From: Burkholderiales bacterium
GTDB lineage: Bacteria; Pseudomonadota; Gammaproteobacteria; Burkholderiales; WYBJ01
Length of the DNA stretch: 64,000 nucleotides
Direction of reading: 5' to 3'
Assembly: GCA_022841915.1 (NCBI GenBank)
Contig: JALHQN010000022.1
Location: 1,115-65,114, forward strand
The number at the start of each line of letters is the position of its first letter. Position 1 is the first letter of the stretch. The position numbers and the translations under genes were made by a program. Below, one piece after another: positions 1 to 9,040 of the stretch. The notes under the pieces were generated by a model. It did not search any database. It saw nothing but the letters and a program-made list of their open reading frames with translations, and was not told where the DNA came from.

Positions 1-294
1 CTTGACGTCGGTCAACAGGGCATCGGGCCCGTCGAACTGCTGCGCCAGGTAGCCTTTCAGCTCGCCCGGGCTGGTCACCACGTCCTGATTGACCATGGTG
101 ACGGTGAACTGGGGATGCAGATGGGGCAGCAGGGGATCGAGATTGCGCGTGTTGAAGGCTTCGGTGAAGGTTGCGAGCAGGGCGCGCAGCGCCTCGTGGT
201 CCTGCTTGTCCTCCGGGGAGAGCTCGGGCTGCGCCGCCTGAGCAAGCATCGTGGACAGGAGCATCGCTGCGGCGAAGGTACGAATGGGGATCAC
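1..294 (-). CDS. secreted NTF2/SnoaL-like domain protein, N-terminal part only (gene runs off the left edge)
   Basis: Minus-strand frame is open from the window edge up to GTG at 294-292. That GTG overlaps the TGA (293-291) of the upstream PAP2 gene (GTGA coupling). Translation is VIPIRTFAAAMLLSTMLAQAAQPELSPEDKQDHEALRALLATFTEAFNTRNLDPLLPHL..., a signal peptide followed by a SnoaL/DUF4440-like start. It is truncated, so it is not in the ORF track. Confidence 0.5.
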   Translation of the reverse strand, partial: MIPIRTFAAAMLLSTMLAQAAQPELSPEDKQDHEALRALLATFTEAFNTRNLDPLLPHLHPQFTVTMVNQDVVTSPGELKGYLAQQFDGPDALLTDVK

Positions 295-944
295 GGCACT
301 CTCCTCGGTAAGGCAGACCAACGACCATCGGGACTGACCGCGGCGCGCGCGACCAATGCTACAAGCATCCCGCCCGCCACGTCGAGCAGATGATGCTGAT
401 GCGTGAACACCACCGATGCGAGCAGAAGCGCGAGCCACGCATCGAAGACGTGTCGCAGCCATGCCGGCGAGGCCGCGCGCATGCTGCAGAGCAGGATCAG
501 ACTCCAGGAGACATGCAGCGACGGCGCGAGGTTGTGCGGCAGGTCGATTCGGTGAATGAGGCCGAGCGCGAAACCGGCCTGCGACCCCTGGGCCAGCCGC
601 GTGAAGCCGAGCTCGGCGGGAAAAAACAGAAAGCACGCGCCCGAGGCCACGGTCGCGAAGGCGAGCCGTCGACACAGGGCGTGGATGCGAGGCGCATCGA
701 GCACGAACATCGGCAGGAAGAAGCTTGCGAAGAGCGACAGGTACGCCCACGCCATCCAGGGCACCAGGGGAATCGCAAGCTCCCACTCGAACCACAGGCG
801 TAACCGATCGATGCGCTGGGTGCTCAGCCAGTTGAGACTGCCATAGACAGCGACGAAGAGGACGATCAGCAGTCCGGTCCAGCGCAAAGACAAGCTGATG
901 ACTTCGCCCTCGGGCCGCAATGTCCAGGCAGATGTCTGTCTCAT
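291..944 (-). CDS. PAP2-superfamily membrane phosphatase / phosphotransferase-like protein
   Basis: Only the last 217 codons of track ORF 291..3047(-) look real, starting at MRQTSAW (cat at 942-944). The protein has several hydrophobic helices. It carries PAP2-type motifs PSLHVSWS and THQHHLLDVAGG (PSGH / HxxxD variants). Confidence 0.7.
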   Translation of the reverse strand: MRQTSAWTLRPEGEVISLSLRWTGLLIVLFVAVYGSLNWLSTQRIDRLRLWFEWELAIPLVPWMAWAYLSLFASFFLPMFVLDAPRIHALCRRLAFATVASGACFLFFPAELGFTRLAQGSQAGFALGLIHRIDLPHNLAPSLHVSWSLILLCSMRAASPAWLRHVFDAWLALLLASVVFTHQHHLLDVAGGMLVALVARAAVSPDGRWSALPRRVP

Positions 945-1040
945 CGTGGTTGCCGGTCGATGCAACTGCCGCAAAGCGTCTGCCCAGCGCCGATACCGCG
1001 GGGGAGCTGTGCTACGCTTTCGCCGTCGAGGAGAGACGTC

Positions 1041-1820
1041 ATGCCCAAGTTCTGTGCCAATCTGACCATGCTGTTCAACGAAGTGCCGTTCCTGGATCGC
1101 TTCGAAGCGGCCCGTCGTGCGGGCTTCGAAGCCGTCGAGTATCTCTTTCCCTATGCGTATCCGAAAGAGCAACTGCTCGAGAAGCTGCGCGAGCACCGCC
1201 TCGTGCAGGTGCTCCACAACATGCCCGCCGGCAACTGGGAGCAAGGAGAGCGAGGGCTCGCCTGCTTGCCCGATCGCGTGGGCGAATTCCAGGCTGGTGT
1301 CGACGCAACCATCGAGTATGCGAGCGCGCTGGGCTGTGAACAGGTCAATTGTCTGGCCGGAATCGCGCCGGCAGGCGTCGCCCGTGAGCGATTGGAGCAG
1401 ACCTTCATCGACAATCTCAAGTTTGCAGCGCCCCGGTTTCGCGCGGCGGGGATCAAGCTCCTGATCGAAGCGATCAATACTCGCGACATTCCCGGATTCT
1501 TCCTCAACACCACGAAGCAGGCGGTCGGCATCATCGAAGCGGTCGGTTCGGACAATCTCTTCGTGCAATACGACATCTATCACATGCAGATCATGGAGGG
1601 GGATCTCGCGCCCACCATCGAGGCGAATCTTCCTCGCATCGCGCACATGCAGCTCGCCGACACCCCCGGCCGGCACGAGCCCGGCACCGGCGAGATCAAC
1701 TACCCGTTCTTGTTCGATGTCATCGACCGGCTCGGCTACTCGGGCTGGATCGGCTGCGAATACAAGCCCAAGGGCGCGACGGTCGACGGGCTGGGCTGGC
1801 TGCGTCGCTATCTTGCGTGA
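1041..1820 (+). CDS. hyi: hydroxypyruvate isomerase
   Basis: ATG 1041 follows GGAGAG. MPKFCANLTMLFNEVPFLDRFEAARRAGFEAVEY... is the typical Hyi N-terminus (xylose-isomerase-like TIM barrel). Length is 259 aa. Confidence 0.9.
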   Translation: MPKFCANLTMLFNEVPFLDRFEAARRAGFEAVEYLFPYAYPKEQLLEKLREHRLVQVLHNMPAGNWEQGERGLACLPDRVGEFQAGVDATIEYASALGCEQVNCLAGIAPAGVARERLEQTFIDNLKFAAPRFRAAGIKLLIEAINTRDIPGFFLNTTKQAVGIIEAVGSDNLFVQYDIYHMQIMEGDLAPTIEANLPRIAHMQLADTPGRHEPGTGEINYPFLFDVIDRLGYSGWIGCEYKPKGATVDGLGWLRRYLA

Positions 1821-1964
1821 TGCCCGTCGAGTCGGGCTGCGGACGATGACGACGAGCCAGCGTCCAGTGCGCGTGCGATCGAATTCTGGCCGTTTCCGTG
1901 AGGCGGGCCTGCGTGGCTCATCGGCAGCCGGGGCGCAAGTCGTGTCCAAGCAAAGCGCGTCGGC

Positions 1965-3236
1965 ATGAAGCCCGGCGACGCTCCCGCGCTGCTGCGCAGG
2001 ATGTTCGATGCTGCGGTTGCCGCGGCCCTGCCCGAGCATTGCCTGCCGAGTCGACTGCCTGCCCCGGGCCGCGGCCGCACGATCGTGGTCGGCGCCGGCA
2101 AGGCCTCGGCAGCCATGGCCGCAAGCCTGGAGCGGCATTGGCAAGGCGATCTCACGGGGCTCGTCGTGACCCGCTACGGCCATGCAGTGCCTTGCCGCAG
2201 CATCGAGATCGTGGAGGCGGCCCATCCGGTACCGGATGCCGCCGGGCGCTCCGCCGCGCAGCGCATCCTCGGCTTGGTGCAAGGGCTGAGCGCCGACGAT
2301 CTCGTCATCTGCCTCATTTCGGGCGGCGGCTCCTCCTTGCTGGCGTTGCCGGCGGCGGGCATCACGCTCGACGACAAGCAGGCGGTCAATCGCGCCCTGC
2401 TGCAGTCCGGGGCGAACATCGGTGAGATGAATTGCGTGCGCAAGCACCTGTCGGCCATCAAGGGCGGCCGGCTGGCAGTCGCGGCTCATCCTGCGCGGGT
2501 CGTGTCGCTGCTCATCTCCGATGTGCCAGGGGATGATCCTGCCGTCATCGCGTCCGGCCCCACGGTGCCCGATCCGACCACCTTCGAGGATGCGCAGGCA
2601 GTGCTGGCGAAGTATGCGATTCAGGCGCCGGCGAGTGTGGTGGCGCATCTGCAGCGCGCCGAGGACGAGACGCCCAAGCCGGGGGATGCGCGGTTGGCGC
2701 ATACCGAAACGGTGCTGGTATCGCGACCGCAGGACGCGCTGGTGGCGGCGGCCGCCGTGGCTCGTGCGGCAGGGGTGACGCCGTTGATCTTGGGCGACAG
2801 CATCGAGGGCGAGGCGCGCGAAGTGGCGACGGTCATGGCGGGCATCGCTCGCCAGGTGATTCGTCATGGCCAGCCGTCGGCGGCGCCCTGCGTGCTGCTC
2901 TCTGGTGGCGAGACCACGGTGACCGTGCGTGGCCAGGGGCGCGGCGGGCGCAACGCCGAGTTTGCGCTGGCATTGGCGCTCGCCCTGGATGGCCACCCGA
3001 ATGTGTGGGCGCTTGCCGGGGACACCGATGGCGTCGATGGCACGCAAGACAATGCCGGTTGCATTGTCTGCCCGGATGCTATCGAGCGCGCCTTGGCGCG
3101 AGGTTTGCGTCCCAAGCAGATGCTTCAGGACAATGACGGGTACGGCTTCTTCGCTGCGGTGGATGCCCTGGTGACGACGGGGCCCACGCTCACCAACGTG
3201 AACGACTTCCGCGCCATTCTCGTCTTGCCCGGGTGA
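1965..3236 (+). CDS. ttuD: glycerate 2-kinase / TtuD-type (MOFRL family, often annotated hydroxypyruvate reductase)
   Basis: 423 aa. Contains IVVGAGKASAAMA, ISGGGSSLL and GGETTVTVRGQGRGGRN motifs typical of MOFRL glycerate kinases. It sits next to hyi. Confidence 0.85.
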   Translation: MKPGDAPALLRRMFDAAVAAALPEHCLPSRLPAPGRGRTIVVGAGKASAAMAASLERHWQGDLTGLVVTRYGHAVPCRSIEIVEAAHPVPDAAGRSAAQRILGLVQGLSADDLVICLISGGGSSLLALPAAGITLDDKQAVNRALLQSGANIGEMNCVRKHLSAIKGGRLAVAAHPARVVSLLISDVPGDDPAVIASGPTVPDPTTFEDAQAVLAKYAIQAPASVVAHLQRAEDETPKPGDARLAHTETVLVSRPQDALVAAAAVARAAGVTPLILGDSIEGEAREVATVMAGIARQVIRHGQPSAAPCVLLSGGETTVTVRGQGRGGRNAEFALALALALDGHPNVWALAGDTDGVDGTQDNAGCIVCPDAIERALARGLRPKQMLQDNDGYGFFAAVDALVTTGPTLTNVNDFRAILVLPG

Positions 3237-3452
3237 TCGCGTTCGGCTGCGCAGCGAATGCGACCTCGGGGCGTGAATCGCGGTCTTGCCTGAGGGGCGT
3301 CGTGCCGCCGTGTGCGTCTGCTTGGCGACCTACCCGCAGCGCGGGTGGCACATCCAAGATGTAAAGCCGCTTACGCTTTGTTGCAATTGATCGGTGTGCA
3401 AAGCGGCTGCGACAGCGTTAAATGGGATGCGTCAACACGAAAGGACACTGCC

Positions 3453-3959
3453 ATGAAAGCGAACAAGATTCTAGGTGTACTGAGCATCGGCTTGGTTGCA
3501 GCGGCGATACCGGCGGCCCATGCCGATTCCGGCGGCCGTTACGGCGACCGGGATCGTTGGTCGCATTCGCGCTACGAGCGGCAAGTCGACCGCTACGACG
3601 ATCGGCGGCCCGTGTATCGTCGTGACGATCGCCGGGTCGTCCACCGCGACGTGATCGTCGAGCGGCCGGTGATCGTGGAGCGCCGCGTCGTCGTCGAGCG
3701 CCCCGTGGTGGTCCATCGCCCGCCGGTGCGCCGCATGATCGTGGAACGGCCGGTCTACCATGAGCCGGCTCCGGTCTACCATGAGCCCTATCCTCGTCAT
3801 TACCCGAGCGGGCACATCAATGGCGGCGCGGTCGTCGGTGCAGTGGGGGGTGCCATCGTCGGTGCGGTCATCGGCAGCCACATCGGCTACGGCGAGCATC
3901 GCGGAATCGCCACCGCAGCGGGCGCCATCATCGGGGGCGTGATCGGCAACGGCATGTAG
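3453..3959 (+). CDS. secreted glycine-zipper (17 kDa antigen / Gly-zipper_2TM-like) protein with Arg/Asp/Val-rich internal repeats
   Basis: Start MKANKILGVLSIGLVAAAIPAAHA is a signal peptide. The middle has ERPVIVERRVVVERPVVVHRPPVRRMIVERPVYHEPAPVYHEPYP repeats. The C-terminus GGAVVGAVGGAIVGAVIGSHIG...AAGAIIGGVIGNGM is a glycine zipper. Confidence 0.7.
   Translation: MKANKILGVLSIGLVAAAIPAAHADSGGRYGDRDRWSHSRYERQVDRYDDRRPVYRRDDRRVVHRDVIVERPVIVERRVVVERPVVVHRPPVRRMIVERPVYHEPAPVYHEPYPRHYPSGHINGGAVVGAVGGAIVGAVIGSHIGYGEHRGIATAAGAIIGGVIGNGM
3750..3787 (+). repeat. 21-nt tandem duplication (ccggtctaccatgagcc x2) inside the glycine-zipper gene
   Basis: Direct repeat at 3750-3766 and 3771-3787, encoding PVYHEPA / PVYHEPY. 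Confidence 0.6.
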
Positions 3960-3973
3960 GCTGCGACAACGAA

Positions 3974-4008
3974 AGAAGGGCGCTCGCTGTCTGGGCGAGC
4001 GCCCTTCT
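3974..4008. terminator. hairpin between convergent genes (possible bidirectional terminator)
   Basis: 14-bp perfect stem agaagggcgctcgc / gcgagcgcccttct with a 7-nt loop. It lies between the stop at 3959 (+) and the stop at 4026 (-). The U-tract is weak. Confidence 0.5.
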
Positions 4009-4025
4009 GCAATCGAACCCGCGCT

Positions 4026-4820
4026 TTAACGGCCCTGGAAGTTGGGCGCGCGCTTTTCCATGAAAGCCTTGACGCCTTCCTTCGAATCTTCGGTCTCGCG
4101 GCAGGTGTTCTGCGCATAAGTCTCGTATTCCAGGCCGGCGCGCAGGTCGCAGTCTTGGTTATGGTAGATCGCCCGCTTGGCGAGCCGGATGGCGATCGGC
4201 GGGCCGGAAGCGATCTTCTTCGCCAGTTCGTAGCTCTTGTTCATGAGCTCTTCCGGCGCGACCACCGCGTTGACGATTCCCAGACGATACGCTTCGGCCG
4301 CATCGATCGAATCGGCCGTGAAGATCAATTCGCAGGCTTTCGCAGTGCCCACGAGGCGAGGCAGGAACCACGTGCCGCCCCAGTCGGGATGCAGGCCCCG
4401 CTTGACGAATGCCTGACTGAATTTCGCGGCGCTGGAGGCGATCCGCATGTCGCACGCAAGCGCGAGATTGAATCCGGCGCCCGCGGCTGCGCCATTGACG
4501 GCGGCAATGATCGGCTTCGGACAATCGCGCATCGCCATGATGGTGATGTCCCGTGACGGGGCGATTTTCTCGCGCATGGGGGAGCCCGTGCCGGCCTTGT
4601 CGCGCTCGCTCATGTTCTTCACGTCGCCGCCCGAGCAGAAGCCGCGCCCCGCACCCGTGATCACGACCGCGCGGATATCGTCGTCCTGCGACACCTTCAC
4701 GATCGCATCGTAGAGATCTTCACGCAGCGTGCCGCCGAGGGCGTTGAGCCGCTCCGGCCGGTTCAGTGTCAGGGTGGCGATGCGGTCTTTGACCTCGTAG
4801 AGCAAGCATTCGTATGCCAT
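4026..4820 (-). CDS. enoyl-CoA hydratase/isomerase (crotonase) family protein
   Basis: 264 aa. Contains TLNRPERLNALG, ITGAGRGFCSGGD and the crotonase oxyanion-hole pattern. Confidence 0.9.
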   Translation of the reverse strand: MAYECLLYEVKDRIATLTLNRPERLNALGGTLREDLYDAIVKVSQDDDIRAVVITGAGRGFCSGGDVKNMSERDKAGTGSPMREKIAPSRDITIMAMRDCPKPIIAAVNGAAAGAGFNLALACDMRIASSAAKFSQAFVKRGLHPDWGGTWFLPRLVGTAKACELIFTADSIDAAEAYRLGIVNAVVAPEELMNKSYELAKKIASGPPIAIRLAKRAIYHNQDCDLRAGLEYETYAQNTCRETEDSKEGVKAFMEKRAPNFQGR

Positions 4821-4920
4821 GGGGTTGTCCTCTCGTGATGTGGATGCCGGGGGCGCTTGAGATCGTGCAGGGATCGTGGGGCGGTCCCGAGCGGCTGTTC
4901 CCGGGATCCTGCATGCGTTT

Positions 4921-5130
4921 TCAGCCAGCTAGTTTATCGATGTCTTTCGCGGAGGGAAATCGGCCTGTCGCATGACGTGAATACGCGAGATTGCCGTCGA
5001 CGAGGATATCGAACTGGCCGGAACGGCCGGGTTGGAGCTCGATCTCGGCGATACCGCGGCTATGCAGCGCATCCCTCACACGGAGGGCCTCGGGCCGATA
5101 GCCTCAAGCGCTGCAGTACTGGATGAGCAT
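4921..5130 (-). CDS. SelW/Rdx-family thioredoxin-fold protein with in-frame TGA (candidate selenocysteine, CxxU)
   Basis: Hand translation: MLIQYCSA-TGA-GYRPEALRVRDALHSRGIAEIELQPGRSGQFDILVDGNLAYSRHATGRFPSAKDIDKLAG-stop. The TGA is codon 9 (5106-5104). Family-typical residues (YCxxC/U, LxPGxxGxF, SRxxxGRFP) continue in frame after the TGA. GGAGG lies upstream. An alternative TTG start at 5136 is possible. Confidence 0.7.
5058..5103 (-). promoter_or_regulatory. candidate bacterial SECIS-like stem-loop immediately 3' of the in-frame UGA
   Basis: In the mRNA, an outer stem GGCUAU/AUAGCC starts directly after the UGA. It encloses an inner hairpin CCCUC-CGUGU-GAGGG (plus-strand 5073-5087). Confidence 0.45.
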
Positions 5131-5292
5131 CTTCAAGGCCGCCTCCGTTGCTCGTCATTGCCCGCAGGGTTGCTGGTTGCGGCATGGTAGCCGCTCGAGA
5201 CGCCGCCGGCAAAGCCCGTCGAACTGACCGGGAGGAACAGCGCCTATAATCCGTCGGCCTGAAATTGCGCTTTTCACTCAAAGGACCCTGCC

Positions 5293-6867
5293 ATGACCAA
5301 GAGCATCGACGCAAACACGCTGCAGCAGTGGCTACACGATGGCGCCGAGGTGGCGCTGATCGACGTGAGGGAAGCCGGTGAGTTCGGCGAGGGCCACCTG
5401 TTCTTCGCCGCGCCCGTACCTTACAGCCAGCTCGAGTTGGACATCGGGCGTCTGGTCCCCCGGCTGGGCACGCGTCTGGTCGTTCATGACGACGGTACCG
5501 ACGCACTGGCGACGCGGGCGATCGAGCGCCTGGAGGCGATGGGCTACAGCAACGTGCATCTGTTCCAGGGCGGCACGCGTGCTTGGGCCGCGGCCGGGTA
5601 TCCGGTCTACAAGGGGGTGAATCTGCCGAGCAAGACTTTCGGCGAGTTGGTGGAACATGCCTACGACACGCCCCGCGTGAGCGTGACTGAGCTCGACGCG
5701 ATGCTCAAGCGCGGGGACGACGTGATGGTGCTCGACGGCCGGACCTGGGCCGAGTACACGAAGATGAGCATCCCGAGCGGCATCTCCTGCCCTAACGGCG
5801 AGTTGGCGTATCGCGTCGGTCGCATCGTGAAGAATCCCAAGACCAAGATCGTGGTGAATTGCGCCGGTCGCACCCGCAGCATCCTGGGCGCGCAGACGTT
5901 GCGCAACTTCGGCGTCGAGAACCCGGTATATGCGCTGGAGAATGGTACCCAGGGCTGGTATCTGGCCGATCTGGAACTGGATCGCGGCGCTTCGCGCAAG
6001 TATCCGCAAGGTGAAGCGGGCGACGAGCTGCCCGCCTTGCAGGCGCGCGCGCGTGTTCTGGCAGAGCGGCACGGAGTCGGATACGTCGATGCGGCCCAGG
6101 TGAAGCAGTGGATCGCCGACGAGAGCCGCAACGTCTTTCTGTGCGATGTGCGTACACCCGAGGAGTTCGAGGCCGGTACGCTGCCGGGCGCTCAGCACAC
6201 GCCGGGCGGGCAGTTCATCCAGTCCACCGACCAGTACGTCGGCGTGCGCAATTCCCGCATCGTCGTCCTCGATGGCGAACTGGTTCGCGCGCCCGTGTGT
6301 GCAAGCTGGCTGGCGCAGATGGGACACGAGGTGTATGTCCTGCGTGAAGGTGTGAAAGCGAACATCGGCGTGCCGCCCGGTCCTCGGCCCAAGCTGCCCG
6401 CGGTCCCGAAGCTCGCACCCAGCGCGCTGGCGGCCTTCATGGGCGAAGGACGTTTGCTGGATCTGCGCGCCAGCTCGGCGTTCCGCAAGTCGCATGTCGA
6501 GGGGGCGCGCTGGAGCATACGGCCGGTGATCGCATCGCAGGTCGGCGCGGGACAGCCCATCGCGCTGCTCGCCGATGATCCCGTGATCGCGCAACTTGCC
6601 GCGATCGACCTGATGGCGGCCGGAGCGCGCGATGTCCGGTTGGTCGACGGTACCGTGGAGGATTGCGCGGCCGCGGGCTTGAAGCTCGCATCGACGCCCA
6701 ACGTGCCCGCTGATGCCGAGCGCATCGATTTCCTTTTCTTCGTTCACGACCGGCACGAAGGCAACAAGGAAGCTGCTCGCGGTTATCTCGCCTGGGAGAC
6801 GGGCCTGATCAAGCAACTGCACGAGTCCGAGCGGGCGAGCTTCCGCATCCCCTCGGCCGCGCACTGA
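5293..6867 (+). CDS. multi-domain rhodanese-like sulfurtransferase
   Basis: 524 aa with about four rhodanese-like modules. Only one has an active-site loop (VNCAGRTRS); the other loops lack the Cys. Confidence 0.85.
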   Translation: MTKSIDANTLQQWLHDGAEVALIDVREAGEFGEGHLFFAAPVPYSQLELDIGRLVPRLGTRLVVHDDGTDALATRAIERLEAMGYSNVHLFQGGTRAWAAAGYPVYKGVNLPSKTFGELVEHAYDTPRVSVTELDAMLKRGDDVMVLDGRTWAEYTKMSIPSGISCPNGELAYRVGRIVKNPKTKIVVNCAGRTRSILGAQTLRNFGVENPVYALENGTQGWYLADLELDRGASRKYPQGEAGDELPALQARARVLAERHGVGYVDAAQVKQWIADESRNVFLCDVRTPEEFEAGTLPGAQHTPGGQFIQSTDQYVGVRNSRIVVLDGELVRAPVCASWLAQMGHEVYVLREGVKANIGVPPGPRPKLPAVPKLAPSALAAFMGEGRLLDLRASSAFRKSHVEGARWSIRPVIASQVGAGQPIALLADDPVIAQLAAIDLMAAGARDVRLVDGTVEDCAAAGLKLASTPNVPADAERIDFLFFVHDRHEGNKEAARGYLAWETGLIKQLHESERASFRIPSAAH

Positions 6868-6977
6868 GACCGACGGAAACTTCCGAGCAACCCCCTGGCG
6901 CGGCTGCCCGACGTTTCGGGCGGTCGCAGCCCTCGACCGACATTCAGTTGCCTGATGCATCCGCGTAGCGCGTTGTC

Positions 6978-8189
6978 TTGATCGATCCGCTGCACCGCCG
7001 CTTCATCGCGCCCACGCTTTTTCTCTGGTACACCCAGGTATCGGCGGCGATCGCGACTCAGCTCGTGCCGGTGCTCGCCCCGGAGCTGGCGCGGGACCTC
7101 GGTCTCGATCCCGCGCTGATCGGTGTGTATTCGGTGATCATGTGGATCACCGCCGGACTCATCTCCCTGCCGGCAGGCGAGTTGTCGGATCGCTTCGGCG
7201 GCGCCCGCGTGGCGCAAATGACCCTGGTTCTATCGACCCTGTCGCTGGGCGTGGCCGCGATCGCGCATCCGCTGGCATTCGTCGGCATGGCCGTGCTGCT
7301 GGGCGCAGCGTGGTCGCTGCAAGGACCGGCCGGCGCGCGTGTGCTGATTCGCGTCGTGCCGCCGCAGCACCGCTCGCTCATGTTCTCGGTGCGACAGACC
7401 GGCGTGCAGGTCGGGTTCCTCGTGGCAAGCTTCTCTTTGCCGGCCTTGAACGACGTGTTCGGTTGGCGCGGCACGGCGTGCGTACTGGCGGCCGTGCTGG
7501 CTGTCATGTTGCTGGCCTTCAGGCCCCTGGTGCGCGGCATCGACGAGCAGGCGGCCATGGGTGCGAGCGATCCGCCCAAGGCAAGGCTGACCGACGGCTG
7601 GCGCCGTGTTAAGCGCGATCCCGTCCTGCAGGGGCTCGGGGTGGCGATAGGCATCTACTCGGCCACCCAGTTCTGCATGAACGGGTTCTTCGTGATCTAT
7701 GCGGTGACGGAACTGAACTTCGGTCTGGCCGAAGCGGCCGCCATGCTCGGGGTGGCGCAGTTCGCGGCTTTCGTCGCCCGTCTGTTCTGGGGCTTCGTCG
7801 CCGATCGTTACATCGGTCCGCTGAGGCTGTTGATCGGCTTGGGGGTATGCATGGCCGTGTGCGGGATGGCCATCGGCGCGCTGCCGAGCGATCCGCCCCG
7901 CATGGCCATGACTGCGCTGGTGTTCTTCATGGGCGCGACGTCCGGCGGTTGGAACGGTGTATTGCTGGCCGAGATCGCGCGTCGCGCACCGGATGCGGCC
8001 GGACTCGTCACTGGCACGCTGCAGGTCGCTAACTACATCAGCTTGATCATCGGCCCCATAGTCGTGGCGGTGGCGGGCGCGGCCGGCAGTTACGGACTGG
8101 GGTTCGGCATCGTCGCCGGCAGTGCGCTCGGCGCGGCGGGCTTCTTGTACCATTGCGCGCGTCGGTCGCGTCGAGCCGACCGCCACTGA
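6978..8189 (+). CDS. MFS transporter
   Basis: 403 aa with about 12 hydrophobic segments. It has an MFS-like loop GELSDRFGGAR. The TTG start from the track is uncertain. Confidence 0.8.
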   Translation: MIDPLHRRFIAPTLFLWYTQVSAAIATQLVPVLAPELARDLGLDPALIGVYSVIMWITAGLISLPAGELSDRFGGARVAQMTLVLSTLSLGVAAIAHPLAFVGMAVLLGAAWSLQGPAGARVLIRVVPPQHRSLMFSVRQTGVQVGFLVASFSLPALNDVFGWRGTACVLAAVLAVMLLAFRPLVRGIDEQAAMGASDPPKARLTDGWRRVKRDPVLQGLGVAIGIYSATQFCMNGFFVIYAVTELNFGLAEAAAMLGVAQFAAFVARLFWGFVADRYIGPLRLLIGLGVCMAVCGMAIGALPSDPPRMAMTALVFFMGATSGGWNGVLLAEIARRAPDAAGLVTGTLQVANYISLIIGPIVVAVAGAAGSYGLGFGIVAGSALGAAGFLYHCARRSRRADRH

Positions 8190-8206
8190 CCAAGGGGAGC
8201 CGGCCG

Positions 8207-9040
8207 ATGAAGCTCATCGATCGTATCGGGATCGATCTGGGAAGAAAGATCCGTCTCGAACAAGGCATCGAACTGGCCGCTAGCCACGGCATCCGTTTCG
8301 TCGATGTGCAACTCGACACGGGTGAGAACGCGTTCGACCGGTTCGACGCCGCCCGCTGCGCGGCGGTTCGTGCAGCGTGCGAGAAGCACGGCATCCAGCT
8401 CGGTTTGCATACGTCCTCGGCAGTCAACGTCGCGGAGTACGCGCCACTGGTCGCCGAGGGCGTCGATCGCTATCTGCTTGCGTATATCGACATCTATCGG
8501 CGGCTCGGCGCGCGCTGGATCGTATTGCATGCGGGCTTTCACTTCACGTCCGACCGGGCGCAGCGCATGCAAGCCGGATTGGCGCGCATCCAGCGCATGG
8601 TCGCCCAGGCCGAGCGCGTCGGTGCCGTCCTCTACCTGGAGAATCTGAACAAAGAACCTGCGCAGGCCGAGGTGCATTACCTCGCCCACACGCTGGAAGA
8701 ATGGCGCTACTACTTCGAGCGCATCGACTCTCCCAGCTTTCGACTCTCGTTCACGGCGAACCATGCGCATCTGGTGCCCGAAGGCGTCGAAGGTTTCATC
8801 GACGGTCTCGACTTTCGGCGGGTCGGAGAGGTCCGCCTGGCCGACTGCTTCCGCAACGGTCCCGAGGAGCACCTGGTTCCCGGGCAAGGCGATTTCGATT
8901 TCGGCGCCATGTTCCGGCGCATCGAAGCGAGCGGCTTTACGGGGCACTACACAAACGCCTTCGGCAGTCTGGAGGACATGATCGAGGCGCGCGGGTATCT
9001 CGTGGCACGGGCGCGGGCGGCGGGGGTTGCGGTCGACTAA
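8207..9040 (+). CDS. sugar phosphate isomerase/epimerase (xylose isomerase-like TIM barrel) family protein
   Basis: ATG 8207 follows AAGGGGAG, 18 nt after the MFS stop. Contains MKLIDRIGIDLG..., VLHAGF and YLENLN motifs of the AP_endonuc_2 fold. Confidence 0.8.
   Translation: MKLIDRIGIDLGRKIRLEQGIELAASHGIRFVDVQLDTGENAFDRFDAARCAAVRAACEKHGIQLGLHTSSAVNVAEYAPLVAEGVDRYLLAYIDIYRRLGARWIVLHAGFHFTSDRAQRMQAGLARIQRMVAQAERVGAVLYLENLNKEPAQAEVHYLAHTLEEWRYYFERIDSPSFRLSFTANHAHLVPEGVEGFIDGLDFRRVGEVRLADCFRNGPEEHLVPGQGDFDFGAMFRRIEASGFTGHYTNAFGSLEDMIEARGYLVARARAAGVAVD

Noticed and set aside
291-3047. 918-aa minus-strand ORF spanning hyi and the glycerate kinase gene.
   Set aside because: Only its last 217 codons (291-944, PAP2-like membrane protein) look real. 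The remainder is antisense to two well-supported + genes and is Arg-rich nonsense.
5060-5506. 148-aa minus-strand ORF in the enoyl-CoA hydratase / rhodanese gap.
   Set aside because: It has an Arg/Pro-rich composition and overlaps the rhodanese start. The conserved Rdx-family signal lies in a different frame (4921-5130), which I report instead.
5332-6960. 542-aa minus-strand ORF.
   Set aside because: It is antisense to the rhodanese gene, whose domains and active-site loop are clear. The translation is low-complexity.
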